Source of the DNA: Defluviitaleaceae bacterium
Lineage (GTDB): Bacteria > Bacillota > Clostridia > Lachnospirales > WQUN01
Reading direction: 5' to 3'
NCBI GenBank assembly: GCA_009777845.1
Contig: WRLD01000001.1
Coordinates: forward strand, 120,177-184,176
Length of the DNA stretch: 64,000 nucleotides
Positions 31,820 through 41,273 of this stretch are shown here, piece after piece. A model generated the notes under the pieces. That model saw only the letters and a program-made list of their open reading frames with translations. It searched no databases and had not been told where the DNA came from. The translations under genes and the position numbers were made by a program. How positions within the stretch are numbered: position 1 is the stretch's first letter; each line of letters opens with the position of its first letter.

Positions 31820-34183
31820 ATGGAAACCAACCACAAAAAAAGAAAATCAAACCCGCCCTACGACCCGCCCGCAAACAGACGCGCGAGGCGTTTTTTGCTA
31901 TTGCTTGTAGTCTTTAATCTTTGTATCGGCGGGCTTCTTTTTCGGATATGGTATCTGCAAAAGGAATACGGCGAGGAGTATGCCGTAGAAGCGGCGCGGC
32001 AGGCGGCAAACCGCGACAGAGCATCAGTCGCGCAGACGTTTGAACCACTACGCGGCGGATTTTTGGACAGAAACAGACAGCCAATCACCGCCACACAAAA
32101 GGTGTATACTATATTCTTAGACGTGGAAGCCCTGCACAATAGGCACGAAAGCCGCAAGCGAACGCACCCGAACGAGGACATACGGCAGGCGGTTTTTGAC
32201 GAGCTTCACGAAAAGCTGGGTATTCCTATGTATGAGCTTGTGGCGTTGTTTGCGTTGGACGAGCAAGGCAAGCTCGCCCTGCGTGAGGGCAGGAATCACA
32301 GGGTATTAAAGCGTGAGGTACCTGCCGATATAGCCAACGAGCTTACCAGTAAATTCCTAGACGTGCATAGTACAGAGGTTTCTGTACGCCGATATGTAGA
32401 CCCGCTTTTCGCGCCGCAGGTAATCGGCTTTACGCGCGGCGATAGCACATGGGGGCTAGAATTGCAGTACCAAAACGAGCTGCGCGGCGAGCAAGGCCGC
32501 AACATGTGGGTCATGGGCAATACGGAAACAATTCCAGTGCGTGACGGCTATACCTTAGTTACGACATTAGATGCCGATATACAGCGTTTGGCGCAGGAGC
32601 ATGTAAACAAAGCGTACATCAAGTATGTATCACAATTTGTGGCATTGCTAGTAATGAACCCTCACACAGGCGAAATTCTCGCTATGGCACAAGCGCCTAC
32701 ATTTTCCTTGGACGAGCCGTACAATCCCGAGCATTTTACCGACCCCATATTGCAGGAAATTTGGGACGATTTAACCGAAGCGGAACGAACCACGCAGGTT
32801 ATGTCGCTGTGGCGTAATTATCACACCACGCGAAGCAATGAGCCTGGCTCTACGTTCAAGCCGTTTGTAATAGCCGCCGCCATAGAGGAGGGCGTAATAT
32901 CGCCGCATAGCACGTTCCACTGCACAGGCGGACGGCAAATTCTCGACCGTGTCGTAACCTGCTGGAACACCTACGGCTGCGGCAATTTGAGCCTTAGGCG
33001 CGCGATTTACCGCTCGTGCAACGTGGCTATGATAGATATTAACCGTCAGCTAGGGCGCGATTTGTTCTATCGCTACCGCGGCTTTTTCGGCTTCGGCGAG
33101 CAAACGGAAATAGACTTCCCAGGCGAGGAAGCCGTTTCCAGTCCCCTAGTAATGTACCCCTACTCCATGCTACAGCCAGTACAAATGGCGACCTCCGCCA
33201 TAGGGCAGGGCTTCAACGCCACCACCTTGCAGGTCATAAACGGCTACGCCGCGCTTATAAACGGCGGAAACCTAATGCGGCCGTATTTAGTGTCACAAAT
33301 AGTAGACAGCAACGGCAACGTGGTACAGGAAAACACGCCCACCGTGGTACGCCGCGTTATTTCGCAGGAAACGTCCGACTTTATACGCACGGAGCTACGC
33401 TATGTAATCAACAATCGGCCGGGCGTAAGCGAGCTAACAGGCACAGGCTACCGCGCGCATATCCAAGGGCATGACATAGCAGGGAAAACAGGCACGGCGC
33501 AGCAGGGAGAAAGGGACGGCGGCGAGCATATTCCCACCTTTGTGGCGTATTTGCCAGTGGAAAATCCGCAGTATTTGGTTTTATTAACCATCGACCGCAT
33601 AGAGGGCGACGACTACTACGCAGGTAGCACGGTCGGGCCGCTAATGCGCGAGTTTTTGGTTGATTTAATCCGCGAGCGGAATATCCAGCCTATGGGCGAG
33701 GGCGAAGCCACCCCCGAAATTTTCGGTACGCCTATGCCAGACTTCGCAGGGCAACGCCTTTCCGAAGCGGTACGCACCGCTATAAACATGGGCGGCGGCA
33801 GCTATCAAGCCGTGGGCGGCGGCACGATTGTTTCGCACACATGGCCTGCGGCAGGGCAGGCTATGCCCGAAAACGCGCCGATTACGTTCTTTACCGACCC
33901 TGCCACGCGCATACCCGAGCGAATGGTTTCCGTGCCAGACGTAGTAGGCTTGCGTGACGAAACGGCGCATTTTGTGCTTACCGAGGCAGGCCTGCCCACC
34001 GTTCTTATTACGGACGAACGCACTCAGACCAACCAGCAGGAAGCAAACCCCGTAACGTCCAACCCAGAACCACTAGACGAAAATAATCCGCCCGCGGTCG
34101 CTACGCACACGGTATATCAGCAGTATCCCACGGCGGGCTCGGAAATAGAGCAAGGCACGCAGGTGATTATTAGGGCGAGATAA
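31820..34183 (+). CDS. Class B penicillin-binding protein (FtsI/PBP2B/SpoVD-type) with C-terminal PASTA domain
   Basis: The motifs are GSTFKP (SxxK), RSCN (SxN) and GKTGTA (KTG). The PASTA-like segment is VPDVVGLRDETAHFVLTEAGLPTV. Confidence 0.85.
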   Translation: METNHKKRKSNPPYDPPANRRARRFLLLLVVFNLCIGGLLFRIWYLQKEYGEEYAVEAARQAANRDRASVAQTFEPLRGGFLDRNRQPITATQKVYTIFLDVEALHNRHESRKRTHPNEDIRQAVFDELHEKLGIPMYELVALFALDEQGKLALREGRNHRVLKREVPADIANELTSKFLDVHSTEVSVRRYVDPLFAPQVIGFTRGDSTWGLELQYQNELRGEQGRNMWVMGNTETIPVRDGYTLVTTLDADIQRLAQEHVNKAYIKYVSQFVALLVMNPHTGEILAMAQAPTFSLDEPYNPEHFTDPILQEIWDDLTEAERTTQVMSLWRNYHTTRSNEPGSTFKPFVIAAAIEEGVISPHSTFHCTGGRQILDRVVTCWNTYGCGNLSLRRAIYRSCNVAMIDINRQLGRDLFYRYRGFFGFGEQTEIDFPGEEAVSSPLVMYPYSMLQPVQMATSAIGQGFNATTLQVINGYAALINGGNLMRPYLVSQIVDSNGNVVQENTPTVVRRVISQETSDFIRTELRYVINNRPGVSELTGTGYRAHIQGHDIAGKTGTAQQGERDGGEHIPTFVAYLPVENPQYLVLLTIDRIEGDDYYAGSTVGPLMREFLVDLIRERNIQPMGEGEATPEIFGTPMPDFAGQRLSEAVRTAINMGGGSYQAVGGGTIVSHTWPAAGQAMPENAPITFFTDPATRIPERMVSVPDVVGLRDETAHFVLTEAGLPTVLITDERTQTNQQEANPVTSNPEPLDENNPPAVATHTVYQQYPTAGSEIEQGTQVIIRAR

Positions 34184-34196
34184 CGCGCCCTGCGAG

Positions 34197-35441
34197 GTGA
34201 TTTATATTATTGCGGAAATTTTAACCGTAGGCACGGAAATTCTTTTGGGTAATATAGTAAATTCCAACGCGGCGTTCTTGTCGCGGGAATTGGCGGCGCT
34301 TGGCGTGGCGGTGTATACGCACACTGCCGTGGGCGACAACCACGAACGCCTCGCCGCCGCGCTCGAACACGCTTTCGGCAAGGCAGACATGGTAATAACT
34401 ACTGGCGGCCTTGGGCCTACGCAGGACGATATTACGCAGGAGGTAGCGGAGCGGTTTTTCGGCGAGGCCGCGCGGACGGAGCTACCGAACCATCACGGCA
34501 CTGCGGCAGGGCTTGTATACACCAGAGCGGACGGCAAAATTCTAATGATGTTCCCTGGCCCGCCCCACGAGCTACAGCCTATGTTTTTGGGCTATGCCGC
34601 CGATTTTTTGCGGCAAAAAACAGGGCGCGTGTTTGTTTCGCGTACGCTTAAAATAATCGGTAGGGGCGAGTTGGAAGTAGAAACGATGTTGCGTGACTTG
34701 ATTGATACGCAGACGAATCCTACTATTGCGCCTTATGCTAAGGTTGGTGAGGTGCATATACGCTTAACCGCCTCAGGGGCATTGCCCCTTTCCTCCGACT
34801 GCTCGGTTGATGTTTTGCGTGAAACGCAAAACATCAACTTGGTGGGAATGTCGCCTCGAAGCCTTGACAGCTCACTATCACATCAAGAGGCAGACAGCCT
34901 AATTTCGCCCATAGCGGACGAGATTTACAGGCGGCTAGGTGTGCAGGTTTACGCCGAGGACGACACAAGCCTTGCGGAAACGGTTTTGAACCTATTAAGG
35001 GAACAGGGGCTTACTCTCGCGGTAGCGGAATCCTGCACTGGCGGACTTGTTGCTTCGGAGCTAGTGTCTGTTTCGGGCTGTTCCGCTGTGTTCCGCGAGG
35101 GCTTCGTCACTTATTCCAACGAGGCGAAAATAGAACGGCTTGGCATATGTAAAGACCTGCTCGCGCGGCACGGCGCGGTGAGTGCGGAGGTCGCCATGGA
35201 AATGGCAAAAAACGCCGCCGAAAAAAGCGGTGCGTGCGTAGGGCTTTCCACTACAGGAATAGCAGGGCCTGAGGGCGGCTCGGCGGAAAAGCCCGTAGGC
35301 TTGGTTTATATGGGGCTGTATGTGAATGGAGAATTGACGAGCGAGAAGCATAATTTTAAAGGCTCGCGTAATGCCGTTCGTACACGCGCTATGGTGTTTG
35401 CGTTGGATTTTTTGAGGAGAGGGCTATTGTCTGATGTATAA
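34197..35441 (+). CDS. cinA: CinA (MoCF-binding domain + PncC nicotinamide-nucleotide amidase domain) carrying an in-frame family D insertion
   Basis: The blocks are AEILTVGTEILLGNIVNSNAAFLS, TTGGLGPTQDDIT and LAVAESCTGGLVAS. Residues GALPLSSDCSVDVLRETQNINLVGMSPRSL are encoded by repeat D3. Confidence 0.8.
   Translation: MIYIIAEILTVGTEILLGNIVNSNAAFLSRELAALGVAVYTHTAVGDNHERLAAALEHAFGKADMVITTGGLGPTQDDITQEVAERFFGEAARTELPNHHGTAAGLVYTRADGKILMMFPGPPHELQPMFLGYAADFLRQKTGRVFVSRTLKIIGRGELEVETMLRDLIDTQTNPTIAPYAKVGEVHIRLTASGALPLSSDCSVDVLRETQNINLVGMSPRSLDSSLSHQEADSLISPIADEIYRRLGVQVYAEDDTSLAETVLNLLREQGLTLAVAESCTGGLVASELVSVSGCSAVFREGFVTYSNEAKIERLGICKDLLARHGAVSAEVAMEMAKNAAEKSGACVGLSTTGIAGPEGGSAEKPVGLVYMGLYVNGELTSEKHNFKGSRNAVRTRAMVFALDFLRRGLLSDV
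34776..34865 (+). repeat. Family D element, copy D3 (long form, 90 bp, in frame inside cinA)
   Basis: GGGGCATTGCCCCTTTCCTCCGACTGCTCGGTTGATGTTTTGCGTGAAACGCAAAACATCAACTTGGTGGGAATGTCGCCTCGAAGCCTT. It contains a perfect 15-bp internal stem. Confidence 0.8.
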
Positions 35442-35444
35442 AAC

Positions 35445-35537
35445 AAACACGGATTCAGCGGATTCTCACGGATTTACGCGGATTCGTTCGTGCAAAAATC
35501 CGCGTAAATCTGCGTGAATCCGCTTAAATCCGTGTTA
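35445..35537. repeat. Family A inner palindrome, solo copy (93-bp hairpin)
   Basis: AAACACGGATTCAGCGGATTCTCACGGATTTACGCGGATTCGTTCGTGCAAAAATCCGCGTAAATCTGCGTGAATCCGCTTAAATCCGTGTT begins 4 nt after the cinA stop. Confidence 0.8.
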
Positions 35538-35634
35538 ATCAGATTTAAAATCAAAGAAGCTATACGCTTTTGCAATTCATGCGTTTGCTATTCATGCTTT
35601 TACCGTTTATGCGTTTGTCGTAGGGCTTTGCCTT

Positions 35635-36393
35635 TTACCACAGCCCCCCATAAATCAAGTCTGTAAGGCTTCCAAAAAAGCCACTAAGCACACGCCCCAT
35701 ACCAAACGCGCAATACGCCGTAGCCACTACATAGGTTAATATGGACGAGTAGACGGTCTGCTCGTTGGTGACGTTAAAGGTTCTTTTTACTGCGGTGGCG
35801 TGTAAAATCCAAAAGGCTATAGAGCCAAAGCCAAATGCGCCCACTAAGAAAAGCCCAAATCCAACGGAAATATTAAAAAGCATACCAACCGTACCCAAGA
35901 TATAATTCACCGTCACGGGCAAGGTAGCCGCCGCAAAAACAGGAAAAATGTCGGATATAGCAATTTTTTCTTCGTTGTCGAACAAAACCTTATACGCAAG
36001 CAAAGGGATTACAATAAGTATAGCAAACCATACAGCTGTGTGTATAAGCAATTCAAATATGGCAGACATAGCTATCTCTTTTACCAAATCGCCGACAGCA
36101 CGCCACATAAAGGCATACAAAAACAAAATCATGCTTACTGGCAATAACGCGATGTAAATAATGCCCTCTGGCTGATTTATACTGCTAGTTTTTATTGCGG
36201 TGGCAGGGCTTTTAACAAACGACTTAAAAAAGCCAAGCGCGGTACTTGCCGCCGCTGTAGCCGCCGCCATAGCCGCGTTAGGGCTTGCTGTCGTGCTAGG
36301 GCTTGCCGCGCCTCCGTCCACCGCCGCGCCGCACCCCGCACAAAACCTAGAATCCGCCGCAAGCTCATTGCCACAGCTAGGACAAAATTTCAT
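35635..36393 (-). CDS. Zinc-ribbon membrane protein
   Basis: The start is moved to the ATG at 36393 (AAGGAG upstream), because the longer ORF runs through a tRNA gene. MKFCPSCGNELAADSRFCAGCG is a zinc ribbon, followed by about five TM helices. Confidence 0.6.
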   Translation of the reverse strand: MKFCPSCGNELAADSRFCAGCGAAVDGGAASPSTTASPNAAMAAATAAASTALGFFKSFVKSPATAIKTSSINQPEGIIYIALLPVSMILFLYAFMWRAVGDLVKEIAMSAIFELLIHTAVWFAILIVIPLLAYKVLFDNEEKIAISDIFPVFAAATLPVTVNYILGTVGMLFNISVGFGLFLVGAFGFGSIAFWILHATAVKRTFNVTNEQTVYSSILTYVVATAYCAFGMGRVLSGFFGSLTDLIYGGLW

Positions 36394-36416
36394 AGGGAAC
36401 ACTCCTTTTTTATATA

Positions 36417-36500
36417 TGCCCGAGGCCGGACTCGAACCGGCACGTCCTTGCGAACGAGGGATTTTAAGTCCCTTGCGTCTACCAATTCCGCCACTCGGGC
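36417..36500 (-). tRNA. tRNA-Leu (anticodon TAA)
   Basis: The reverse complement is GCCCGAGTGGCGGAATTGGTAGACGCAAGGGACTTAAAATCCCTCGTTCGCAAGGACGTGCCGGTTCGAGTCCGGCCTCGGGCA. It has a 7-bp acceptor stem, anticodon loop CTTAAAA, a long variable arm and a TTCGAGT T-loop. No CCA is encoded. Confidence 0.9.
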
Positions 36501-36597
36501 ATGGGGAAAAGTACACGAGAGGAATTTTATCAAAGAGCGTTGGAAAATGCAAGGGAAATTTTTTGTTTAAACACGCCATACACATGTCACGTTTATC

Positions 36598-36606
36598 TGC
36601 TATACT
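36598..36606 (+). promoter_or_regulatory. Candidate extended -10 element (TGCTATACT) for the WYL regulator gene
   Basis: TGnTATACT lies 43 nt upstream of the ATG at 36649, and the -35 is poor. Prediction by eye only. Confidence 0.3.
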
Positions 36607-36648
36607 ACAAGCGTATTATTATCCGACCCATCTCGGAGGTCACCTAAA

Positions 36649-37545
36649 ATGAAACTCGACAGATTACTTGGCATTGTCACCATTCTGCTGCAAAAGGAAC
36701 GCGTAACCGCGCCGGAGCTGGCCGCAAAATTCGAGGTAACGCGCCGTACTATTGGGCGTGATATTGACGCGCTGTGCATGGCGGGAATCCCAGTCATAAC
36801 GCACCAAGGGGCGGGCGGCGGGCTTTCCATTGCCGAGGGGTTTAAGCTAGACAAAAGCGTACTCACAACGGACGAATTGTCGGGCATTATCGCCGCGATA
36901 AAGGGCATTGGCAGTGTTTCGCAGAGCTCGGGCATAGAGCGGATTTTGGACAAGCTACACGCCAACGCCAGCGCGGTTGTTTCCATGCGCGAGCCAGTCA
37001 TTATCGACCTTGCTTCCTATTATAAAGGACAGCTTACCGACAAAATCGAACGCATTAAGCAAGCCGTGCTAGAGGCGCGGCTAATTGAGTTTGACTATTT
37101 TTATGACAAGGGCGAAGGTCGCCGTCGAATTGAGCCGTATTTTGTAATATTTCAATGGTCGTCGTGGTATGTTTTTGGGTTTTGCTTGGAACGGCAGGAC
37201 TGGCGGCTGTTTAAGCTGCAAAGGCTGTGGAATTTGTCGATGTGTGACGAGCGTTATTCGCCGCGCGAAATACCGCAGGAGAAGCGGGATTTTGGGTTTA
37301 CAGATGATGTCAAGCTAGCCGCGATATTTGACCCGTCCGCAAAATATCAGCTTATCGAAATTTATGGGCTTGATTGCTACACAGAAACGCACGAGGGGAT
37401 TTTATTCGAGTTTGGGTTTGCCAATCGCGAATATTTGGTTAGCTGGTTGCTTAGCTTTGGCGGCAAGGTAAAAGTGCTAGAGCCTGACTATATCGCGGAA
37501 GATTTAAAAGCCGCCGCCAAAAAAATTTTGGAGCTATATAAATAG
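36649..37545 (+). CDS. YafY-family transcriptional regulator (HTH + WYL domain)
   Basis: The N-terminal HTH is RLLGIVTILLQKERVTAPELAAKFEVTRRTIGRDIDAL. The central/C-terminal part is WYL-like (IEFDYFYDKGEGRRRIEPYFVIFQWSSWYVFGFC). Confidence 0.75.
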   Translation: MKLDRLLGIVTILLQKERVTAPELAAKFEVTRRTIGRDIDALCMAGIPVITHQGAGGGLSIAEGFKLDKSVLTTDELSGIIAAIKGIGSVSQSSGIERILDKLHANASAVVSMREPVIIDLASYYKGQLTDKIERIKQAVLEARLIEFDYFYDKGEGRRRIEPYFVIFQWSSWYVFGFCLERQDWRLFKLQRLWNLSMCDERYSPREIPQEKRDFGFTDDVKLAAIFDPSAKYQLIEIYGLDCYTETHEGILFEFGFANREYLVSWLLSFGGKVKVLEPDYIAEDLKAAAKKILELYK

Positions 37546-37606
37546 GACATACTGTTGTCGTGTTTGGTGTGGTAGGATAGGCTCAGTAAACGAATCGAGG
37601 TCAACC

Positions 37607-38167
37607 ATGACATATAAAACCCGAAATTTCCCAGAATTTTCCGCTTGTGGGCTAAACTGCGGATTATGCCCCAACTACTTTAAGCATACCAATGGCGCGT
37701 TCAAATGCCCTGGCTGTGCGGGGGCGGGCTTTTCGGACGTACACCCTGCCTGCGCAGTGCTTACCTGCTGTCAGAAAAAGGGGCTTGAATATTGCTGGCA
37801 CTGCGGTGAATATCCATGCAAACGATATGACAACGCCGACACTGGCGATTCCTTTATCACGCATAAAAATCAGCTTAGGGATATTGAGAAAGTCAAGCAA
37901 ATCGGCATAAACGGCTATATTTCCGAGCAAAATGAGAAAATAGCAATATTACAAAATCTGCTTGCCAATTTTAATGATGGACGAAAAAAATCATTTTTCT
38001 GCGTAGCGGTAAATCTTTTGCAGCTTGGCAATTTAAAAAACATCATGCGCCAAATCGAGAACGAAATAAACCCAAACGACCCAATTAAAGAAAAGGCTAA
38101 AGCCGCCGCTCGGCTGTTTCAAGCTGTGGCGGACGAGCAGGGCATAGAACTAAAACTTAGAAAGTAG
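37607..38167 (+). CDS. DUF3795-like Cys-rich protein
   Basis: The cysteine pattern is CGLNCGLCPNY...CPGCAG...CAVLTCCQKKGLEYCWHCGEYPC. Confidence 0.55.
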   Translation: MTYKTRNFPEFSACGLNCGLCPNYFKHTNGAFKCPGCAGAGFSDVHPACAVLTCCQKKGLEYCWHCGEYPCKRYDNADTGDSFITHKNQLRDIEKVKQIGINGYISEQNEKIAILQNLLANFNDGRKKSFFCVAVNLLQLGNLKNIMRQIENEINPNDPIKEKAKAAARLFQAVADEQGIELKLRK

Positions 38168-38178
38168 GAGGACAGCAT

Positions 38179-38544
38179 ATGCAAAAATACAACTGGTTTG
38201 AGGACTATTGCAAGGCTAAAAAGGGCGTAACCAAGGACTACAAGCAGGAATGGCAAGCCCACCGTTATTTAATCCGCGACAAAATGTTTATCATGCACGC
38301 AGGCGACAAATACGGCAAGGAAATAATAACGCTCAAGCTAGAGCCGTTGTACGGACAGTTTCTCAGGGAGCAGTACAAGGGCGATATTGTGGCAGGATAC
38401 TATATGAACAAGGAGCATTGGAACTCGGTGTATGTCGACGGCGATGTCCCTGACGATGTTTTGCGCGACATGGCAGACAAGTCGTATGCCTTGATTTTGG
38501 GCGGGTTTAGCAAGAAAATACAAAACGAAATATTAAAGGGGTAA
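38179..38544 (+). CDS. MmcQ/YjbR-family protein
   Basis: 121 aa. ...YLIRDKMFIMHAGDKYGKEIITLKLEP...YMNKEHWNSVYVDGDVPDDVLRDMADKSYALI is typical of the family. Confidence 0.65.
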   Translation: MQKYNWFEDYCKAKKGVTKDYKQEWQAHRYLIRDKMFIMHAGDKYGKEIITLKLEPLYGQFLREQYKGDIVAGYYMNKEHWNSVYVDGDVPDDVLRDMADKSYALILGGFSKKIQNEILKG

Positions 38545-38548
38545 ACCC

Positions 38549-39457
38549 ATGCAAACAAAAGCCTTAGTCATAATAGATATTCAAAACGACATAACAAAAA
38601 ATTACAAGGATGTTATCGACAATATCAACAAGGCGATTGATTGGGCGGCTGGTAACAATATCCATGTGGTTTATATAAGGCATGAAAATTTATCAGACGG
38701 CACGAGGACTTTTAAGCCTAATACACGCGGGGCAGAATTAGCCCCAGACCTAAAAATAGTGTCAACAAACATCTTTACTAAATACAAGGGAAACGCGCTA
38801 ACCAGTGCGGAATTTGCGGATTTTATCGACAAAAACAAAATACGCGATTTCTATATAACAGGGGCAGATGCTGTCGCTTGTGTCAAATCAACCTGCTACA
38901 ACCTACGCAAGGCAAATTATGGCGTTGCTGTCTTGTCCGATTGTGTTACAAGCTACGACAAGAGGAAAATTGACGAGATGCTAAATTATTATAAAAGTAA
39001 AGGTTGTGAAGTAATGGATTTAAACGAAAAACTAAAAAAAGCAAGCGAAATAATCCAAAGCAGAACCGCATCGGGCGAATACAAAAATCAGCACTGCGTA
39101 CTCGCGCAGGAGGACTTAGACGGGCGAGTAACCGCCGCCGTTATCACGCCGTCTAGGGCGAACGGAATCGGACAGCTTACATTTTGCTCTGGCGTAGAAA
39201 GCAACTGGGCAAAGCGCGCCAGACGTGACAGCCGCGCCGCCGTGTGCTTTTCGTCCGAGGAATACAGCATTACGCTACGCGGAAAACTGGAAGTGCTAAC
39301 AGACACGGCAAGCAAGCGCGAAAATTGGTATACAGGAATGGAAAACCACTTCCCCAACGCAGACGACCCTAATTATTGCGTATTGCGGTTTACGACCGAA
39401 AAATACAAATTGTTTGTTGATTGGCAAGAAGTAGAGGGTAGTTTCGGCAATCTATAA
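38549..39457 (+). CDS. Isochorismatase-family hydrolase fused to a PNPOx-like (general stress protein 26-type) domain
   Basis: The N-terminus ALVIIDIQNDI...GADAVACV matches cysteine hydrolases. The C-terminal ~150 aa (VTAAVITPSRANGIGQLTFCSG...CVLRFTTEKYKLF) resemble a split-barrel flavin-binding fold. Confidence 0.55.
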   Translation: MQTKALVIIDIQNDITKNYKDVIDNINKAIDWAAGNNIHVVYIRHENLSDGTRTFKPNTRGAELAPDLKIVSTNIFTKYKGNALTSAEFADFIDKNKIRDFYITGADAVACVKSTCYNLRKANYGVAVLSDCVTSYDKRKIDEMLNYYKSKGCEVMDLNEKLKKASEIIQSRTASGEYKNQHCVLAQEDLDGRVTAAVITPSRANGIGQLTFCSGVESNWAKRARRDSRAAVCFSSEEYSITLRGKLEVLTDTASKRENWYTGMENHFPNADDPNYCVLRFTTEKYKLFVDWQEVEGSFGNL

Positions 39458-39477
39458 AACTGAAAGGAAGTATTCCC

Positions 39478-40044
39478 ATGCCAAGACCGTCAACAAAGCA
39501 GGATTTACTCACTGCGGCGAATGAGCAATTTGAAAAGCTATGGAAGCTAATTGAAACACTGCCAGACGAAAAAAGCGTGACGTTCGACTTTGACCCCAGT
39601 ATCGGCAAGGGCGAGGCGCACTGGAAGCGCGACAAAAACCTGCGTGATGTGTTCGTTCACCTTTACGAATGGCATTCGTTGCTGTTAAACTGGGTGATGT
39701 CTAACCAAAGGGGCGAGGCGAAGCCTTTTTTGCCCGAGCCGTATAACTGGAAAACATACGGTGATATGAACGTCATGTTTTGGGAAAAACATCAAGCCGT
39801 GTCTTATGACGATTCAAAGGAAATGCTTTGTGAAAGCCATAAAAAGGTGCTAGACTTAATCGGGCGATTCTCAAACGAGGAATTATTCGAGAAAAAGGCG
39901 TTTTCTTGGGTGGGCGGCTCGACTCTTGGCAGTTATTGCGTTTCGGTTACGTCTAGTCATTATGATTGGGCTGTTAAGAAGATTAGGGCGTATATAAAGC
40001 AAAGCGTGTTGCCACTAAGAAAGGAAACCAAAAATGGCGATTGA
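39478..40044 (+). CDS. ClbS/DfsB-family four-helix-bundle protein
   Basis: PRPSTKQDLLTAANEQFEKLWKLIE...HLYEWHSLLLNWV...RFSNEELFEKK parallels E. coli ClbS (PSSKEELIKAIN..., RFSNDELY) as I recall it. Confidence 0.65.
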   Translation: MPRPSTKQDLLTAANEQFEKLWKLIETLPDEKSVTFDFDPSIGKGEAHWKRDKNLRDVFVHLYEWHSLLLNWVMSNQRGEAKPFLPEPYNWKTYGDMNVMFWEKHQAVSYDDSKEMLCESHKKVLDLIGRFSNEELFEKKAFSWVGGSTLGSYCVSVTSSHYDWAVKKIRAYIKQSVLPLRKETKNGD

Positions 40045-40648
40045 TTTTAAGAAAACCCAAAAAGACCTCTACCAACCAAAAACCGCTCCCGCTGTCATAG
40101 ACGTGCCAGAAATGCTGTTTATTATGGCAGACGGCACAGGCAACCCCAACACAAGCGAGGAATACAAGTCTGCTGTGGAAATTTTATATGGGCTTTCCTA
40201 CACTATTAAAATGGAAAACAAGGAAATTTTGCAGTATGTCGTGCCGCCGCTTGAGGGCTTGTGGTGGCTTAATGACGGCTCGGACGAATGGTACAAGGAT
40301 AAGGACAAATACTGTTGGACTTCGATGATACGACAGCCCGAGTTTGTAACACAAGATGTCTTTGAATCGGCAAAGACCATTCTCTCCAAGAAAAAACCGC
40401 ACCTTAATCTTTCTCGGGCGCGGCTTGAAAAATTAACCGAGGGGCTTTGCGTACAAGCCATGCACATTGGCTCATATGACGACGAGCCGCGAACAAACGC
40501 CGCAATCATGCAGTTTATGACCGCGCATGGTTATGCCTGTGATATTAGCGGCAAACGCCGTCACCACGAAATTTACCTAAACGACCCACGCAAAACCGCG
40601 CCGGATAAGCTAAAAACAGTGATACGACAGCCCGTAAAGCGTGTGTAA
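40034..40648 (+). CDS. GyrI-like small-molecule-binding domain protein
   Basis: FKKTQKDLYQPKTAPAVIDVPEMLFIMADGTGNPN...VPPLEGLWW...MHIGSYDDEP...HHEIYLNDPRKTAPDKLKTVIRQPV. There is an 11-nt overlap with the ClbS-like gene. Confidence 0.65.
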   Translation: MAIDFKKTQKDLYQPKTAPAVIDVPEMLFIMADGTGNPNTSEEYKSAVEILYGLSYTIKMENKEILQYVVPPLEGLWWLNDGSDEWYKDKDKYCWTSMIRQPEFVTQDVFESAKTILSKKKPHLNLSRARLEKLTEGLCVQAMHIGSYDDEPRTNAAIMQFMTAHGYACDISGKRRHHEIYLNDPRKTAPDKLKTVIRQPVKRV

Positions 40649-40673
40649 TTAGACCTATCCTAGGGAGGGAATT

Positions 40674-41075
40674 ATGCTTATACCACATCTACATTTTAAG
40701 GGGAATTGCGAAAAGGCGATTGCCTTATATGAAAAGGCGTTTGACACCAAGGTGGACGAAATCGTCCGCTTTTGCGACTATGACCCCGAAAAATGGGCGG
40801 GCGATAACCGTATCGCCCACGCCAACATGAAAATTAAGGGGCAGGCTGTGTTTCTTAATGACAATGACTGCATGTTCGGCAACGAGGATACCTCGCTCAA
40901 TTTCCCTGTTCACTTAATCGTGCAATTCCAAACAAGCGGGGAGCTGTTGGCTTGCTATGAAATATTAAGGGCTTGCAGCATAGCGGACAATCCGTTTGTT
41001 AAAACCTTTTACAGCGAGCTAGTGGGAAATTTTAAGGATAAATTTGGTATGCTTTGGGGGTTTATGGTTGTGTAG
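40674..41075 (+). CDS. VOC-superfamily (PhnB/glyoxalase-bleomycin-resistance-like) protein
   Basis: 133 aa. The N-terminus MLIPHLHFKGNCEKAIALYEKAF is characteristic of PhnB-like VOC proteins. Confidence 0.6.
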   Translation: MLIPHLHFKGNCEKAIALYEKAFDTKVDEIVRFCDYDPEKWAGDNRIAHANMKIKGQAVFLNDNDCMFGNEDTSLNFPVHLIVQFQTSGELLACYEILRACSIADNPFVKTFYSELVGNFKDKFGMLWGFMVV

Positions 41076-41096
41076 CCAAAATTCAAAAATCTACAC

Positions 41097-41126
41097 TTGA
41101 CGAACAAGCCCCATGTGGTTTATACT
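41097..41126 (+). promoter_or_regulatory. Candidate sigma-A promoter of tRNA-Phe
   Basis: TTGACG (41097-41102), an 18-nt spacer and TATACT (41121-41126), about 30 nt upstream of the tRNA 5' end. Confidence 0.45.
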
Positions 41127-41156
41127 GCTTCTCGTGTCCAAAAGTATATATTTTTT

Positions 41157-41229
<73 letters not shown>

Positions 41230-41273
41230 TACATATGGGGGCGTGTTTTCGTCCTGTCTAGCTTAAATAAATG

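Noticed and set aside
35635-36585. 316-aa ORF version of the zinc-ribbon membrane protein.
   Set aside because: Its first 64 codons run through the tRNA-Leu gene (36417-36500). The ATG at 36393, with an AAGGAG RBS, gives the sensible MKFCPSCG... start.
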